Counted from the stretch's first letter, positions 52,400 to 63,733 are shown. The stretch: 64,000 nt of DNA from Glaucostegus cemiculus (GCA_976551045.1 CDPCPM010000239.1:7068001-7132000); one strand, 5' to 3'. A program made the numbers and translations. Notes: a model not told the origin generated them from the letters alone.

Positions 52400-52950
52400 T
52401 TATATTTTGCTCCTTATTCTGGGACCTTATTAAAAACCCTCTGATAATCCAAACACTCCACATCCACTGGTTTCCCCTTATCTATTGAATTACAATATCC
52501 TCAAAAAATTCCAATAGATTAGGAAAACATGATTTTCCATGCTGATGAAGGGTCTCGACCCAAAACGTCAACTGTTTATTCCCCTCCATAGATGCTGCCT
52601 GACCTGCTGAGTTCCTCCACACATTTTGTGTGTATGACTCAATCCTATGATTGTTTTCAAGGTGTTCTGTTATTACAGCCTTCATTTCAGATCCTAAAAC
52701 TGCCCTACTGTTGACGCTTTGCCAACAGGTCAGTGGTTCACTGATTTCTTGTTCCCTCCTTTATTAAATAGTGGAATTACATTCACTATCTTCCAGTCCA
52801 CATGAACAATTCCAAAACCTATAGAATTGTGGAAGATAATAACCAGTCTGTTCACTTTTTCTATAGCCACCTCTTTCAAAACTCTGGGGTGCAAATCATC
52901 AGGTACTTGGAATTCATCAACCTCTAGTCTCACTGGCTTCTCTTGTGTTA
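52400..52950 (-). mobile_element. CR1 RT N-terminal fragment interrupted by a PLE end
   Basis: ORF 52730-52969 PDDLHPRVLKEVAIE..LVIIFHNS..G.VHVDWKIVNVIPLFNKGG; KSCFPNLLEFFED in ORF 52482-52685. Confidence 0.9.
52542..52574 (+). ncRNA. minimal type-I hammerhead ribozyme motif (5' stem I lost, CpG-decayed) in PLE end 52542-52633
   Basis: CTGATGA-A-GGGTC-TC-GACCC-AAAAC-GTC-AACTG: intact CUGAUGA box, perfect stem II and GUC triplet. The two deviations from GAAAC and GACTG are both CpG>CpA changes. Confidence 0.7.
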
Positions 52951-53739
52951 CCTCTTTCCTTTTTTGCAAATACTTTGAAAGGTATTAAGGTAGATCAGCA
53001 GTGGCTATTACCTTAAAGAACCTCAAACAACTCTCCCCTCATAGCTTCATTGTTTCCTTTGTTTAGATTTTCTTTGATGCTGAAAACCTCCAGTACCCTC
53101 ATTGTATGTGTCAAATGAACCTTTCTAGTCAACCCACCTTGGAAATCCATACCTTTGATCTTAACTGCTCTATTAGGCAGGTGATTGAAGCTCTCTTTTA
53201 TCATGTATTCATTTATTTGCATATGTTTCAGGGCTTCACTTAATAGGTGCACGAGGAAACTATTGACTGAATATTTGAAGCCCCATTATTTTTCATTGGA
53301 CAGAATTGCCTAGTGAGACTACATCTGAAGCACTGTCATCAGGTTTTGTATCCATACCTACGGATGGATACACTTGCATTGTTGGAGCTGGAGTGTAGCT
53401 TACACTAGATTTAGTCTGAGATGAAAGGGTTGTCCAAGGAGGTTGATGAAATGAGATTATGCTAGGAGCATACAAGAATGATAGATGGTTTCATTGTGAC
53501 AAAACAGATTCCAGGGTGAAGTAGATGCTGAGAGACTGCTTCTTCTAGAAGGAGAATCCGACACTAAAGGCAATCTCAAAGGTCAACCATTCAGGACTGA
53601 GCTGAGAGTTGTAAGTTGTCAGAACTGTTCACCCCAGGATAATTCTCTTTCCTCATTTCTACAAGAAATCAAGATGATGGATGTTTTATGAATGTTTTTC
53701 TTTCAGAATATCTGCATAGGAGTGAAGACCACATTGTTT

Positions 53740-54010
53740 TTATTCTGTCTTCAATGCGGCAACAATCCCAAGATATATCACAGAGGTTTTACCAAATTAG
53801 ACACTAGAGTGCAAAGATGGCTTAAAGCTGGGTGAAAAAGAAGGGTTTTGAGGAACATCTTCGAAAGAGAATTCGAAAGACACAGAGGTCTCGAAAGGAA
53901 ATTCCAGTGCTTAAGACAGAGGCATCAGTCATGGACCAATTAAAATTGGCATACAGTATATAGGAGGCTAGAATTTCAGAGTCTTGCAGTGTTAGAAGAA
54001 GTTAGGGAGA
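53740..54010 (-). mobile_element. old L2 3' end
   Basis: ATCCCAAG..TCACAG..GGTTTTGAGGAACATCTT..GGAAATTCCAGTGCTTA..GAGGCTAGAATT pattern; strongly diverged. Confidence 0.45.
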
Positions 54011-54887
54011 GAATAATTTTCTGCTACAAACATATATTTGAGTCTTCTGAACAAAGAATACATGAGCAGTAAAGTGATGACATTATCTAAGTCATATGGG
54101 AAATAGCAGTGCATGCCTGGTCATGCAGTCTTGGCCTACAGCCATTTACAATTGTAAATGTTAGATTGTTTGACTTATCTTGGGGTCAAACAGTGTTCTA
54201 TTTGCTTCAGAAGTATGAAAAGATCATTATTACAATAGCGTTATGATTAATTGCTATTATTCACTGCTTGTCACAATGGATATATAAGGATCCTAATGCA
54301 ATCCAGCAATCTTATTAGTACTTGAAGAAATTGTTACAAAGCATGTTTTTCCTTTATTTTCTAGATGATTGTCATAGCTTGAACTCTTGCTGTATGACAT
54401 TTGTACCAAAGGTTTACTGTGAAATTCGAGCATGAAGCTCTACTTATTTCAAGGCTTTGCAATTAAAAATATGCTTACCTTGGAGTGTGACATGCTGTTG
54501 GGTGAAATTAACTCTAGATCAGTGGAAGCGTATAGGAAACTTGTAGCAGTTTACAATGCGTGCAATATATCTTCCTTAGCATGCTGATGTGCACAACACA
54601 AATAGCATGCATCAATCGCAGGATGTGACATTTTAGCAATATCAGATCTATGATTCTACATCCACTGTTGGCAGAGTATAAACTGTAATCCCTGAAAATT
54701 CAGCAGTTGGGGTATGGGGTGTAGCTGGACCTTTGTTGGTCAGCATCTTTGGAGACATGGCAGCAGGATTAAAGCTGCAGGACACAGAAGAGATTTGGTT
54801 ATATCTTTATCATAATTCATGTCTTCATTCTAGACTCAGAGATGACTTCTCTTTGGAAGGTCTTTGCCATTCAGGACCTTGCTAGTT

Positions 54888-54929
54888 CTAACTTCTGTTG
54901 AACCTTTCACTCTCCCTTGCCTGTCCTAG

Positions 54930-54992
<63 letters not shown>

Positions 54993-55210
54993 TCTATCTA
55001 TCCCCCTTTTGTCTTCTTTCCTCGGCACCTCCTCTCTTCTCCACCTCTAATCTTTAACCTCACACCATTCAATTCCAATCACTCACCCATCCTTACTTAG
55101 TGTTTCTCTGCCTTCATTGCCTCGAAATATACTCACTTTTCTCCTTGAATGCTGCCTGACCTGCTGAGTATTTCTAGCCCTTTCTGCTTTCATTTCAGAC
55201 TTCCAACATC
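54888..55210 (+). mobile_element. PLE 3' region, paralogous to 18050-18350
   Basis: AACTTCTGTTGAACCTT..CCTAGT..TTTTGTCTTC..ATGCTGCCTGACCTGCTGAGTATTT..TTTCAGACTTCCAACATC. Confidence 0.7.
54931..55001 (+). repeat. compound tetranucleotide microsatellite (TGTC)n(TATC)n
   Basis: Read directly; a short version exists at about 18098-18120. Confidence 0.95.
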
Positions 55211-55436
55211 TATACTAGGGATTATTGTAGGGACATGTTCGGCACAGCTTTGTGGGCCGAAGGACATGAACTGTGCTGTAGTTTTTCTATGTTCTAAGTT
55301 TTTCTATGCTTTTTGCTTTCACATTTTATTTCCTCTGAACGTTCATCTCTGAATAACTTGCATAATCTTCTGTCCTCTCACAGTTTAACCTATGGTCCTA
55401 TATTGGCTGTGCTAAACACATTGTTGCTGCCATATA

Positions 55437-56750
55437 TCAGAATCAGAATAAGGTTTATTATCACTGTTTTATATGACGTGAAATTTGTTGGTTTGTGGCA
55501 GCCAGCACAGTGCAAGGCATAAAAATTACTATAAATTAAAAAATAAATAAATAGTGCTAAATAAAGGACTAATGAGGTAGTGTTCATGGATTCATGGACC
55601 ATACGGAAATCGGATGGTAGAGGGGAAGAAGCTGTTCCTAAATCATTGAATGTGGGTCTTTAGGCTCCTGTACCTCCTCCTATGGCAGCACTGAGAAGAG
55701 GCATGTCCCGAATGGTGAGGGTCCTTGGTGCTGGATGCCACCTTCTTCAGGTACCACCTGTTGAAGATGTCCTTGATGGTGGGGAGGGTTGTGCCCGTGA
55801 TGGAGCTGGCTGAGTCTACAACCCTCTGCAGCCCCTTGCGATCCTGTGCATTGGAGCCTCCATACGAGGTGGTGATGCAACCAGTCAGAACGCTCTCCAC
55901 TGTACATCTATGGAAATTCGCAAGAGCCTTTGGTGGCGTACCAAATCTCCTCAAACTCCCAACAAAGTAGAGCTGCTGGCATGCCTTCTTGGTGATTACA
56001 TGAATGTGTTGGACCTAGGATAAATCCTCTGAGATTTTGATACCCAGGAACTTGAAGCTGCTCACCCTTTCCACTGCTGATCCCTCAGTGAAGACTGGTG
56101 TGTGTTCTCCCAACTTCCCCTTCCTGAAGTCCACAGTCAATTCCTTGGTCCTGCTGATGCTGAGTGTAAGGTTATTGTGATACCAGTCAACCAGCCGATC
56201 TATCTCACTCCTGTACACCTTCTCATCACCATCTGAGAGTTTACCAACAACAGTAGTGTCATCTGCAAATTTATTGCTGGCGTTTGAATTGTGCTTAGCC
56301 ACACAGTCATGAATGTATAGAGAGTAGTGCAGTGGGCTCAGCACACATCCTTGAGGTGCACATGTGTTAATTGTCAACAAGGAGATGTTATTACCAGTCT
56401 GCACTGACTGTGGTCTCCTGATAAGGAAGTTGAGGATCCAGTTGCACAGAAAGGTACAGAGGCCCAGGTTTTGAAGCTTGGTTGTTAATACTGAGGGGAT
56501 GATGGTGTTGAAAGTTGAGCTGTAATCAATAATAAGCAGCCTGATGTATGTTTTGCTCCAAAGCAGAGTGGAGAGCCAGTGAGACTGCATCTGCTGTAGA
56601 CCTGTTGTGGTGTTTGGCGAATTGAGCGTGTCTAGGTCCTTGCTCAGGCAGGAGTCAATCCTAGCCATAACCAGCCACTTAAAGCACTTCATCAGTGCAG
56701 ATGAAAGTGCTACCGAGATAGTCATTGAGGCAGCTCACCCTGCTCTTCTT
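55437..56750 (-). mobile_element. Rex1/Babar-type LINE, 5'-truncated, frameshifted RT
   Basis: ORF 56015-56725 RLLIIDYSSTFNTIIP..APQGCVLSPLHYSLYIHDC..KFADDTTVVG..KELTVDFRK; ORF 55643-55954; (TTCTGA)n tail at the left end. Confidence 0.95.
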
Positions 56751-57114
56751 TCTGTCAGCCTTTATTGTGATCTGAGAACACAATAGGGCCAATGAATAAA
56801 TGCAACTATCTCCAGCTCAATTATCGTTGCAGCACCTTGGCCTGCTGCATCATGATGCTGGTACATGTAACTAGATTTCCAATTCAGAAGCACATTAAGT
56901 CACTCCATTCCTTTGCAGCACCTCATTTGAAGCATTCTGAGCGGGAAGTTAGAACAATCTGCCCAAGCAAGTCCATCATTCTATGGTCCTGGGGCAATTA
57001 GGTATGCAGGGTGCTGTGCTGGGCTGGTACCCTAACAAAATGAAATCCCATCCTTAATTTCAATCCTTCAGTCCCCACAGCCCTCAGGATGACTCAATCA
57101 CCATCCCCTTCCCT

Positions 57115-57152
57115 ACACGCGCGCGCGAGCGCACACACACACACACACACAC
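57115..57152 (+). repeat. (CG)n(CA)n alternating purine-pyrimidine tract
   Basis: ACACGCGCGCGCGAGCGCACACACAC... Confidence 0.9.
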
Positions 57153-58084
57153 AACTACACACCAATCTTCTCCTGCCATTCCAAATTAGGTCCACCCTTA
57201 CTCAACCTTTTATTCAGTTCAAAAACCTCTGAGCTTCCCTAAGTCTGAAACAGAGGGGCCAATATCCAAAGCTCCATCCTGGTCACCACAACTCACCCCA
57301 CTCCAATTACTGACTTGATTGCTGACTGTAGCCCAGGTCCCAGCTAGGCATACAACCACTCCAATCAGACCCAAACACCTTTGGCCACTGGCACTGCAGA
57401 AAGTTGTAGTGGTGGTCTTGTGGTTGAAACAGTTGCTGGCATGCCACCACTATGGCCATCTAGCACACAATTCAGGTGCACAAGAATTTCTAAACCACAA
57501 AATCCCATGCAAAATAACATCAACAAATAGCATGGCTTACAACCTGCTGCCGGTGAGAAAAGGAAATGACTCTTCCTGCTGATGTTAAAGAAAGCTTCCT
57601 ACCTTGGCCTTGATGTGAGATCTTGCACTTTCCTGATACCTGTTGTTCAAGAGATCCCTGGCACTTCACATTAGTGATGACATCTATCTGATTGAATTGG
57701 CAAACACATTAATGATAGACAGGAAAGCAGCAACTAAACTTTAATTAATTTTTAAAGTGTTAAGTGGGTTAAGGTAGGACTGGTGTAAATGGGAAGTTGA
57801 TGGTGGTTGAGGTCACAGTGAGCCAAAGGGTTTGTTTCCACACTTAATCTCTCTGTAACTCTGTGACTGTTAATATAAAAATGGAAACCCATGCATATGA
57901 TTAAAGTAGAAGGTGAAATATTGTAAACTTAATTTTAAAACTGTATTTTGATGTCTCTTTTCTGTGGAAATTATTGAAGGCAACTATCATCCACATTCAC
58001 ATATTTTTATTCAGGCCGAATGGTTTACTGAACAATAATTGACAGGGTGCGTGGGAAAACTGAAATCATATAGGTCCCCATTGA

Positions 58085-58617
58085 GCATGAACTTAGAATG
58101 CTAAGTAGAGTTTTGGTCTCTTTACCTATGCAGGATACATTTGCCTTCGAGGGATTACAGTGAAGACTCACCAGACTGGTCCCACAGATGGCAGGTTTGC
58201 TGCATGATTAGAGACTGTGTAGACAGGCCGTGTATTCTTTTAAATTCAGAAGAATAAGCAGTGTTCTCATTGAAACTAGCAGAATTCTGACAGGGTTTGA
58301 CAGGAAGGGTGCAGGAAGGGTATTTCCACTGGCTGGGGAGCCTAGAACCGAGGGGGTCACAAGGGTAGGCAATTTAGAACTGAAATGAGGACTAATTTCT
58401 TTAAAAAGGGTAGAGATTGTTTGAAATTCTCCACCAGCCCAAGGGCAGTGCATGCTTAGTCACTGAGTTCATTCAAAACTAAGACTGCTAGATGTTTGAA
58501 TATTAAAGGAATCAAGGGATAGAGGGAGGGATGGTGCAGGAAAATGGAACTGGGGTAGAAGATCATAAATGTTTGAGCAGGCTCAAAGAGTCAGATGGCC
58601 TACTCCAACTCCTATGG
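58085..58617 (+). mobile_element. old CR1 3' fragment
   Basis: TTTTGGTCTCTTTACCT..AGACTCACCAGACTGGTCCC..AGAAGAATAAG..TCTCATTGAAAC..TGGCCTACTCC. Confidence 0.8.
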
Positions 58618-58940
58618 ACCTTCACCTCCTATCAGGTTCGATCACCTGCAGCCCTTTGTTGTCCTTTGTCGCTATTTCCACTCTCCCCTTCTCCATCTGC
58701 CTGTCACCCCTCCTCACCTGGATCCACCTATTGCTTGCCAGCTCTTGCTCCACCCCACCCCTTCAGTTTTTTTAACACTGGCTATCTCCCCTCCATCTTT
58801 CCGCCCAGATGAGGGGTCTCGACCGGAAATTTTGACTGTCTGTTTTCCTCCATAAACACAGCCCAACCCGATGAGTCCCTCCAGCACATTGATTTTTGTG
58901 CTAGATTCCAGCATCTGCAGTCTGTTGTGTTGCCATGTAA
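58618..58940 (+). mobile_element. PLE 3' terminus with hammerhead remnant
   Basis: CT-rich tract, CCGCC-CAGATGA-GGGGTCTCGACCG-GAAAT-TTT-GACTG (58801-58838), tail CTAGATTCCAGCATCTGCAGTC. Confidence 0.75.
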
Positions 58941-59446
58941 TTTCTGTGTTATTTTTAGTAGTACTATATTAATACCCCAGAATATGTGAGGTCCTTTGGT
59001 TCACTAACTGCAGGTTGTCAATTTCTGTGCTCACCTGAACATATAAGACGATCCCAAGGCTTCTTTCATTTCCATGTATTAATGGTGGTGCACTCCAGTG
59101 GAGGTTCTCCCCAGGTTACGACAGGATTCCGACGCTGTGAATTGTTTGTAATCCAAACAGTGCGTAAGTCAGAAATGCGGCCACAGACTGAGTTCCCACT
59201 CAGCGAAGATGCCTACAGCCACACAGCACCCAGCATCGTACTGGTCTCCCAAATGCTTATTCGTATGTGTGGCTCTATACAAGTCAGGCATGCATAAGCC
59301 TGAGAGGAACTGTAGTTCTCTCTGATTGCCACTGCAAAAACCGAGCCCATAATTCAAAGTGCCCTACAATCCACTACTGTCCACTTTAATTTTAAATTCT
59401 GAATGCCATGCTCATCGTTGAGGCACGGAGGCCTTGCACAAATAAA

Positions 59447-59586
59447 GAACATGATGCTGGAGGAACTCAGCAGGCCAGGCAGCATCCATGGAGAAAAGCA
59501 GTCAGGACCTGAAATATTGGCCTGCTGAGTTCCTCCAGCATCTTGTTTTTTCATTTAGATTCCAGCATCTGCAGTCCTTTGTTTCT
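59447..59586. mobile_element. 140-bp fold-back PLE-tail element with 14-bp flanking direct repeat
   Basis: GATGCTGGAGGAACTCAGCAGGCCA ... TGGCCTGCTGAGTTCCTCCAGCATC perfect inverted arms; CTTGCACAAATAAA at 59433-59446 and 59587-59600. Confidence 0.85.
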
Positions 59587-61619
59587 CTTGCACAAATAAA
59601 AATTGAGCCTGGAGTAGATTTGATAATGTTGTTGACATTTTTGAGATTATACACAACATTTATTATATCCCACATGTTAGATGCACTGTGTGGTGTGCAC
59701 ATGTTGGAAGGTCAAAGGTTTAATATGTAGTTTGCAATGATTTGGCTTGACTCAAGCCATTAATGCCTGGAACAGGGAAATTCACACATGATTCTCAGTG
59801 ATAAATGCATCCAATTACATCTGAAGGAATAAGTTTGCCTGGGCAATAGGCATAGAACAGGAACCAGCTTCAAAGAGATAGCATTGCCAACAGAGGTTGG
59901 TTGAATGAGGTGTCCAAGCATAGCCATATCCTCACAAGGGCAGGAGTTTTCAAGATGGAGAAAAAATTGTCTGGCCAAACTTTTCACTAGTGGTTCTCCA
60001 GAGGTGAAGGCTTCAGAACCTCTTCTACTGCCCTCAGACTTTTCCACTTGGGAAAAGTTCATTGTGTCATCTTCAATTACAATTTGCAGCAAAACATGAT
60101 GGGTTAATAAAGAAAACAAGTTCAATATTGAAGTACATTCTGCTTGTTCAAAAGAAAACAAGCGAATTAGGTCATTGCGTTTTTTTAATCTGTTTATCTA
60201 ATCTGATCATTTTACAGTGTTAAAGTAAAGAACCAATCCAGAAATACAGAAAGATAAACCCAAAGTATTTCAATGAATAAAATATCAAGAGAAGAAAAAT
60301 TGTATGAGACTGAGTAATGGAGGAAATGCGGAAGATTGAAGTGATGCATAATTTATAGAGTTTCCTTTGATTAGTTTTACTCTGTTTGTGCAGCATTGAC
60401 AGTAATAAGCTAATTTCTAAGAAGTCAAAACAGCAACTAATTTACATTTATGTAAATATCACAGCCCATTGTTGTTAAACAATGGGAAATCAAAAGAATG
60501 TTCATTAATCACAGTGCAAAGAATGACTTGATGTGAGACTGTGAGTTATTAACAAATGGCATGTTCATCTGCTTAAGGGAGACTCCTTGGCTGAAATTTA
60601 TTTGTTTTCATGATACAAATAAATTACAATAGTGGGCAGAGGAAATTGACATGGAAATGTTAGAGCCACTGTTATAAATATCACTTAGCACAATTTCAAA
60701 AATACCTGACTAAAGATGCATTTTATTCTGAATTTTTCCTTCCCTCTTACCAACCCACATGGAGTCCACCAACACACTTTCTCTTCTCATTAAGGCACAA
60801 TGTTGCCTGGTATTAGCTGCCCTGGTGTGCCTCCAATTTGCAGTTGTCCTTCCTTAGCTATTCAGCTTCAAACATCTGCAGATGCACCATATCAAATCGT
60901 ACACAGCAGAAGAAAAGGCTCCTTAAAGTAATTATACATATCGTATTAAATAGTCACACCAGCAAAGAGACACATAGCGATAAAAGGGGAAGACGGGATG
61001 AGTGGACACACTACAAATCGAAATGTGGTAATAAATTATTATAGTGCACAAAAGAAATGACAATAGCTCTCAAACTGAAAGTGTTTACACCAGATAAACA
61101 AGCTCATTGTTGACACAGATAAACAGGAACATTGGGCACATTGAACTAGAAGGATACCGTGAACAGCCTGAGCCATCACAACAAATATAACATGGCAGAA
61201 CTCATGTTTCTGATAGCTTATTGCCCAAAGTTACATCAGCTAAACCGGACACCTCCTGAAAGATTCCAGGTGACAGTATCCTTTTCTCTTCTATGTGCTT
61301 TGGTAGTTCTGACGGATGTGTATTAAACTTGTCTGCAGTGTATCAGTGAAACTGGTTAGCCTAGATACAGATTTCAAAATCAACTCTCCTGAATGAATTG
61401 CGTTTGGGAGAAGAAAGATTAGTCGTCTCTGTAATTCTATCAAATATAACATCTTAATCTTACCTAGCACAATTCACTTCTGTGGTTTGTGCATGGTTGC
61501 CTTTTGATGCTCTAATATGTGAAATGGATTTAATTGCTCTTAGAACCCTCATCAATGTAGCTGCCATGGCAATGGCACCACTGGCAGAATGCCCTCGCCA
61601 ATACAGCAAAGGTAGCTGA

Positions 61620-63230
61620 TTCCAGAAGTGGTTTTGCCAAGACTGCTTATCTCCAGACCTCACTACAGCCTGAGTTCATTCACGAGCAGTACAGCTGAGT
61701 TCCAGAAGCGAGATGTTGGTGACTGCACTCGAGAGGAAGGCAACATACGGCTGAGTGTAGAAGCAAACAGCTATGCATCAGTCAATGGGCATCAAGGGGA
61801 AAACACTTCGCTGGCTGGAGTGAAACTGCGCATGAAAGAACTTGGCAGTGGTTACTGGCCTTTCATCGTCCCAGTCCCAGGTTGTTGTTGCTGGAGCAGC
61901 ATCCAGCCACCTGCAACTGCTTCAGGGATGGCCTTCCTTCCAACGAAGGTCAGAGGGGACGTGTGCTGATGAACGCAGAATCTTCAATTCCATTTGTATC
62001 ATTTTCCGATAAACAAGCAGACCATTTCTGCCCCAGGTAAGTCCAGAAAGCATTCAAACATGGGCTGACATATCATCTCCCTGCCATGCATGAGGTGGAA
62101 CAATAGTGAGTGAGTAGAGCTCAGTCACCCAGGTTCATTGCTGACCTCTGGCATTGTGTGGAGTTTGCACATTCTCGGTGGTCACGTGAGTTATCTCAGA
62201 CTATATTTCTTTTCTTCTCTCTCAACTTGCACTAGCGTCATTATGTTTATTTTGTCATGTGAGTTATGTATAATTTATGTTAATTTAAGTTTACATATGT
62301 TAACTTATGTTTGTCATGTTTGTAATATACTGTGCTGCTGCTGCTAAAAGCTAATTTTCATGGCACTAATACCTTGTGTCTGTGTGCCTATGACAATAAA
62401 TGAACCTGAACTTGAGTTCACCAGTTTTCCCCCATATTCTAAATTCGTGCAGGTTGGTACGTTAACTGTCCACTGTCAATCATCCCAAGGTGATTAGCAG
62501 AATCTGCAGAGAGAGGGGAAATTAGTGGAGGAATGGGATTGCTCAGTGAGTGGCATTGACACCATGAGCTGCAATAGCATCCTTTGATGTCATTAGGAAG
62601 CCCAGAAATACAAGTGTCAGTCTATAAGGGTCTCCTCTAAAATATTTAAGAATATCATCATGTCTATCCCTCTCTCCCCAGATTTGATGCTCAGTAGCAT
62701 TACCACTTTGGGGGATCACCATTGCCCAGAAGATTAACTGAATCAGCCTGTGGCTACTGTGGTATCCCAGTGTGAACGACTCACCTCCTGACTCCAAAGA
62801 GACTTTACATCAGTAAACCAGGAATGCAATAAAGTAATCTTCTTTTGCCTGGATGTGTGCAGCTCCCACAACACTCTAAGAGGTTAGCACATCCAGGTTA
62901 ATGCACTTACTTGATTAACTGCCTATTTCTCCTTAGTACTAAGTCCTTCACCACTGCTACACTTGGTTACGGTGTATACAGTCTACAAAGTGCGTTACTA
63001 CTTTGTTAAGACTCTTTTGCAAGGTCCTCCAAAAGTCGTTCACACCATCCTAATTTGGAAATATTGCAGTTCGTTCATTGCTGCTGCATCTAAATCCTGA
63101 AGCACCCAACTCAGCAACTCTGTGAGAGCACCTACACCAGACTGAAGGCTGTGATCCAAGAAGGGCACTCACCACCACTGACTGAGGGTGGTCATGAAGT
63201 TCTAGCCTTGATGGGAATGTCCGCATCCTA
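61620..63230 (+). mobile_element. old L2/CR1-group LINE in two pieces (about 61620-62075 and 62705-63230), separated by younger insertions
   Basis: Frameshifted RT peptides PDLT.A, VTAL, SMGIKGKTLRWLE, CADE and TWAD; later LGITI.QKIN and AWMCAAPTTL; 3' end like that at 47.8 kb. Confidence 0.7.
62192..62415 (+). mobile_element. Rex1-type 3' UTR inserted in an old V-SINE (about 62085-62590)
   Basis: Reverse complement of 63262-63480; ends GACAATAAATGAACCTGAACTTGA. Confidence 0.8.
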
Positions 63231-63261
63231 TATAGGAACTGAAGTACAATGCGATCCTTTT

Positions 63262-63733
63262 GTTTAAGTTCAAATTCAAGTTTGTTTTTGTCATAGGCAT
63301 ACGTACACAAGGTACAAATGCCATGAAAATTAGCCTTTTGCAGCAGCAGCACAGGACATTACAGGATGAGGACAAACATAAGTTAACATAAAAAAAATAC
63401 ATAACTTACACATGCACAAAATGAACATGACACTAGTGCAAACTGAGAGAGAGAAATAAAAGAAACATAGTCTAAGATAGTGACAGGGTTTTTCAGGTCG
63501 GCTCAAAAACCCTTTGGCAGTGGGGAAGAAGCTGCTGTTGAACCTTCAGGTGTGGGTTTTCAGGCTCCTGTACCTCCTGCCTGATGGCAGTATCGAGAAG
63601 AGGGCACGGCCCAGATGGAGGGGGTCCCTGATGATAGACGCTGTCTTCCTGAAACATCGCCTCATATAGATATCCTTGACAGTGGGGAGAGCTGTACCCG
63701 TGATGGATCTGGCTGAGTCCACCACTCAGTTCA
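63262..63733 (-). mobile_element. Rex1/Babar-type LINE 3' fragment
   Basis: Homologous to 55.6-55.83 kb (GGCTCCTGTACCTCCT..GATGGCAG); (AACTTG)-type tail. Confidence 0.9.

Noticed and set aside
54680-54715. Cadherin-like peptide IPENSAVG
   Set aside because: A stop lies three codons upstream and there are no other cadherin motifs (DxNDN, LDRE).
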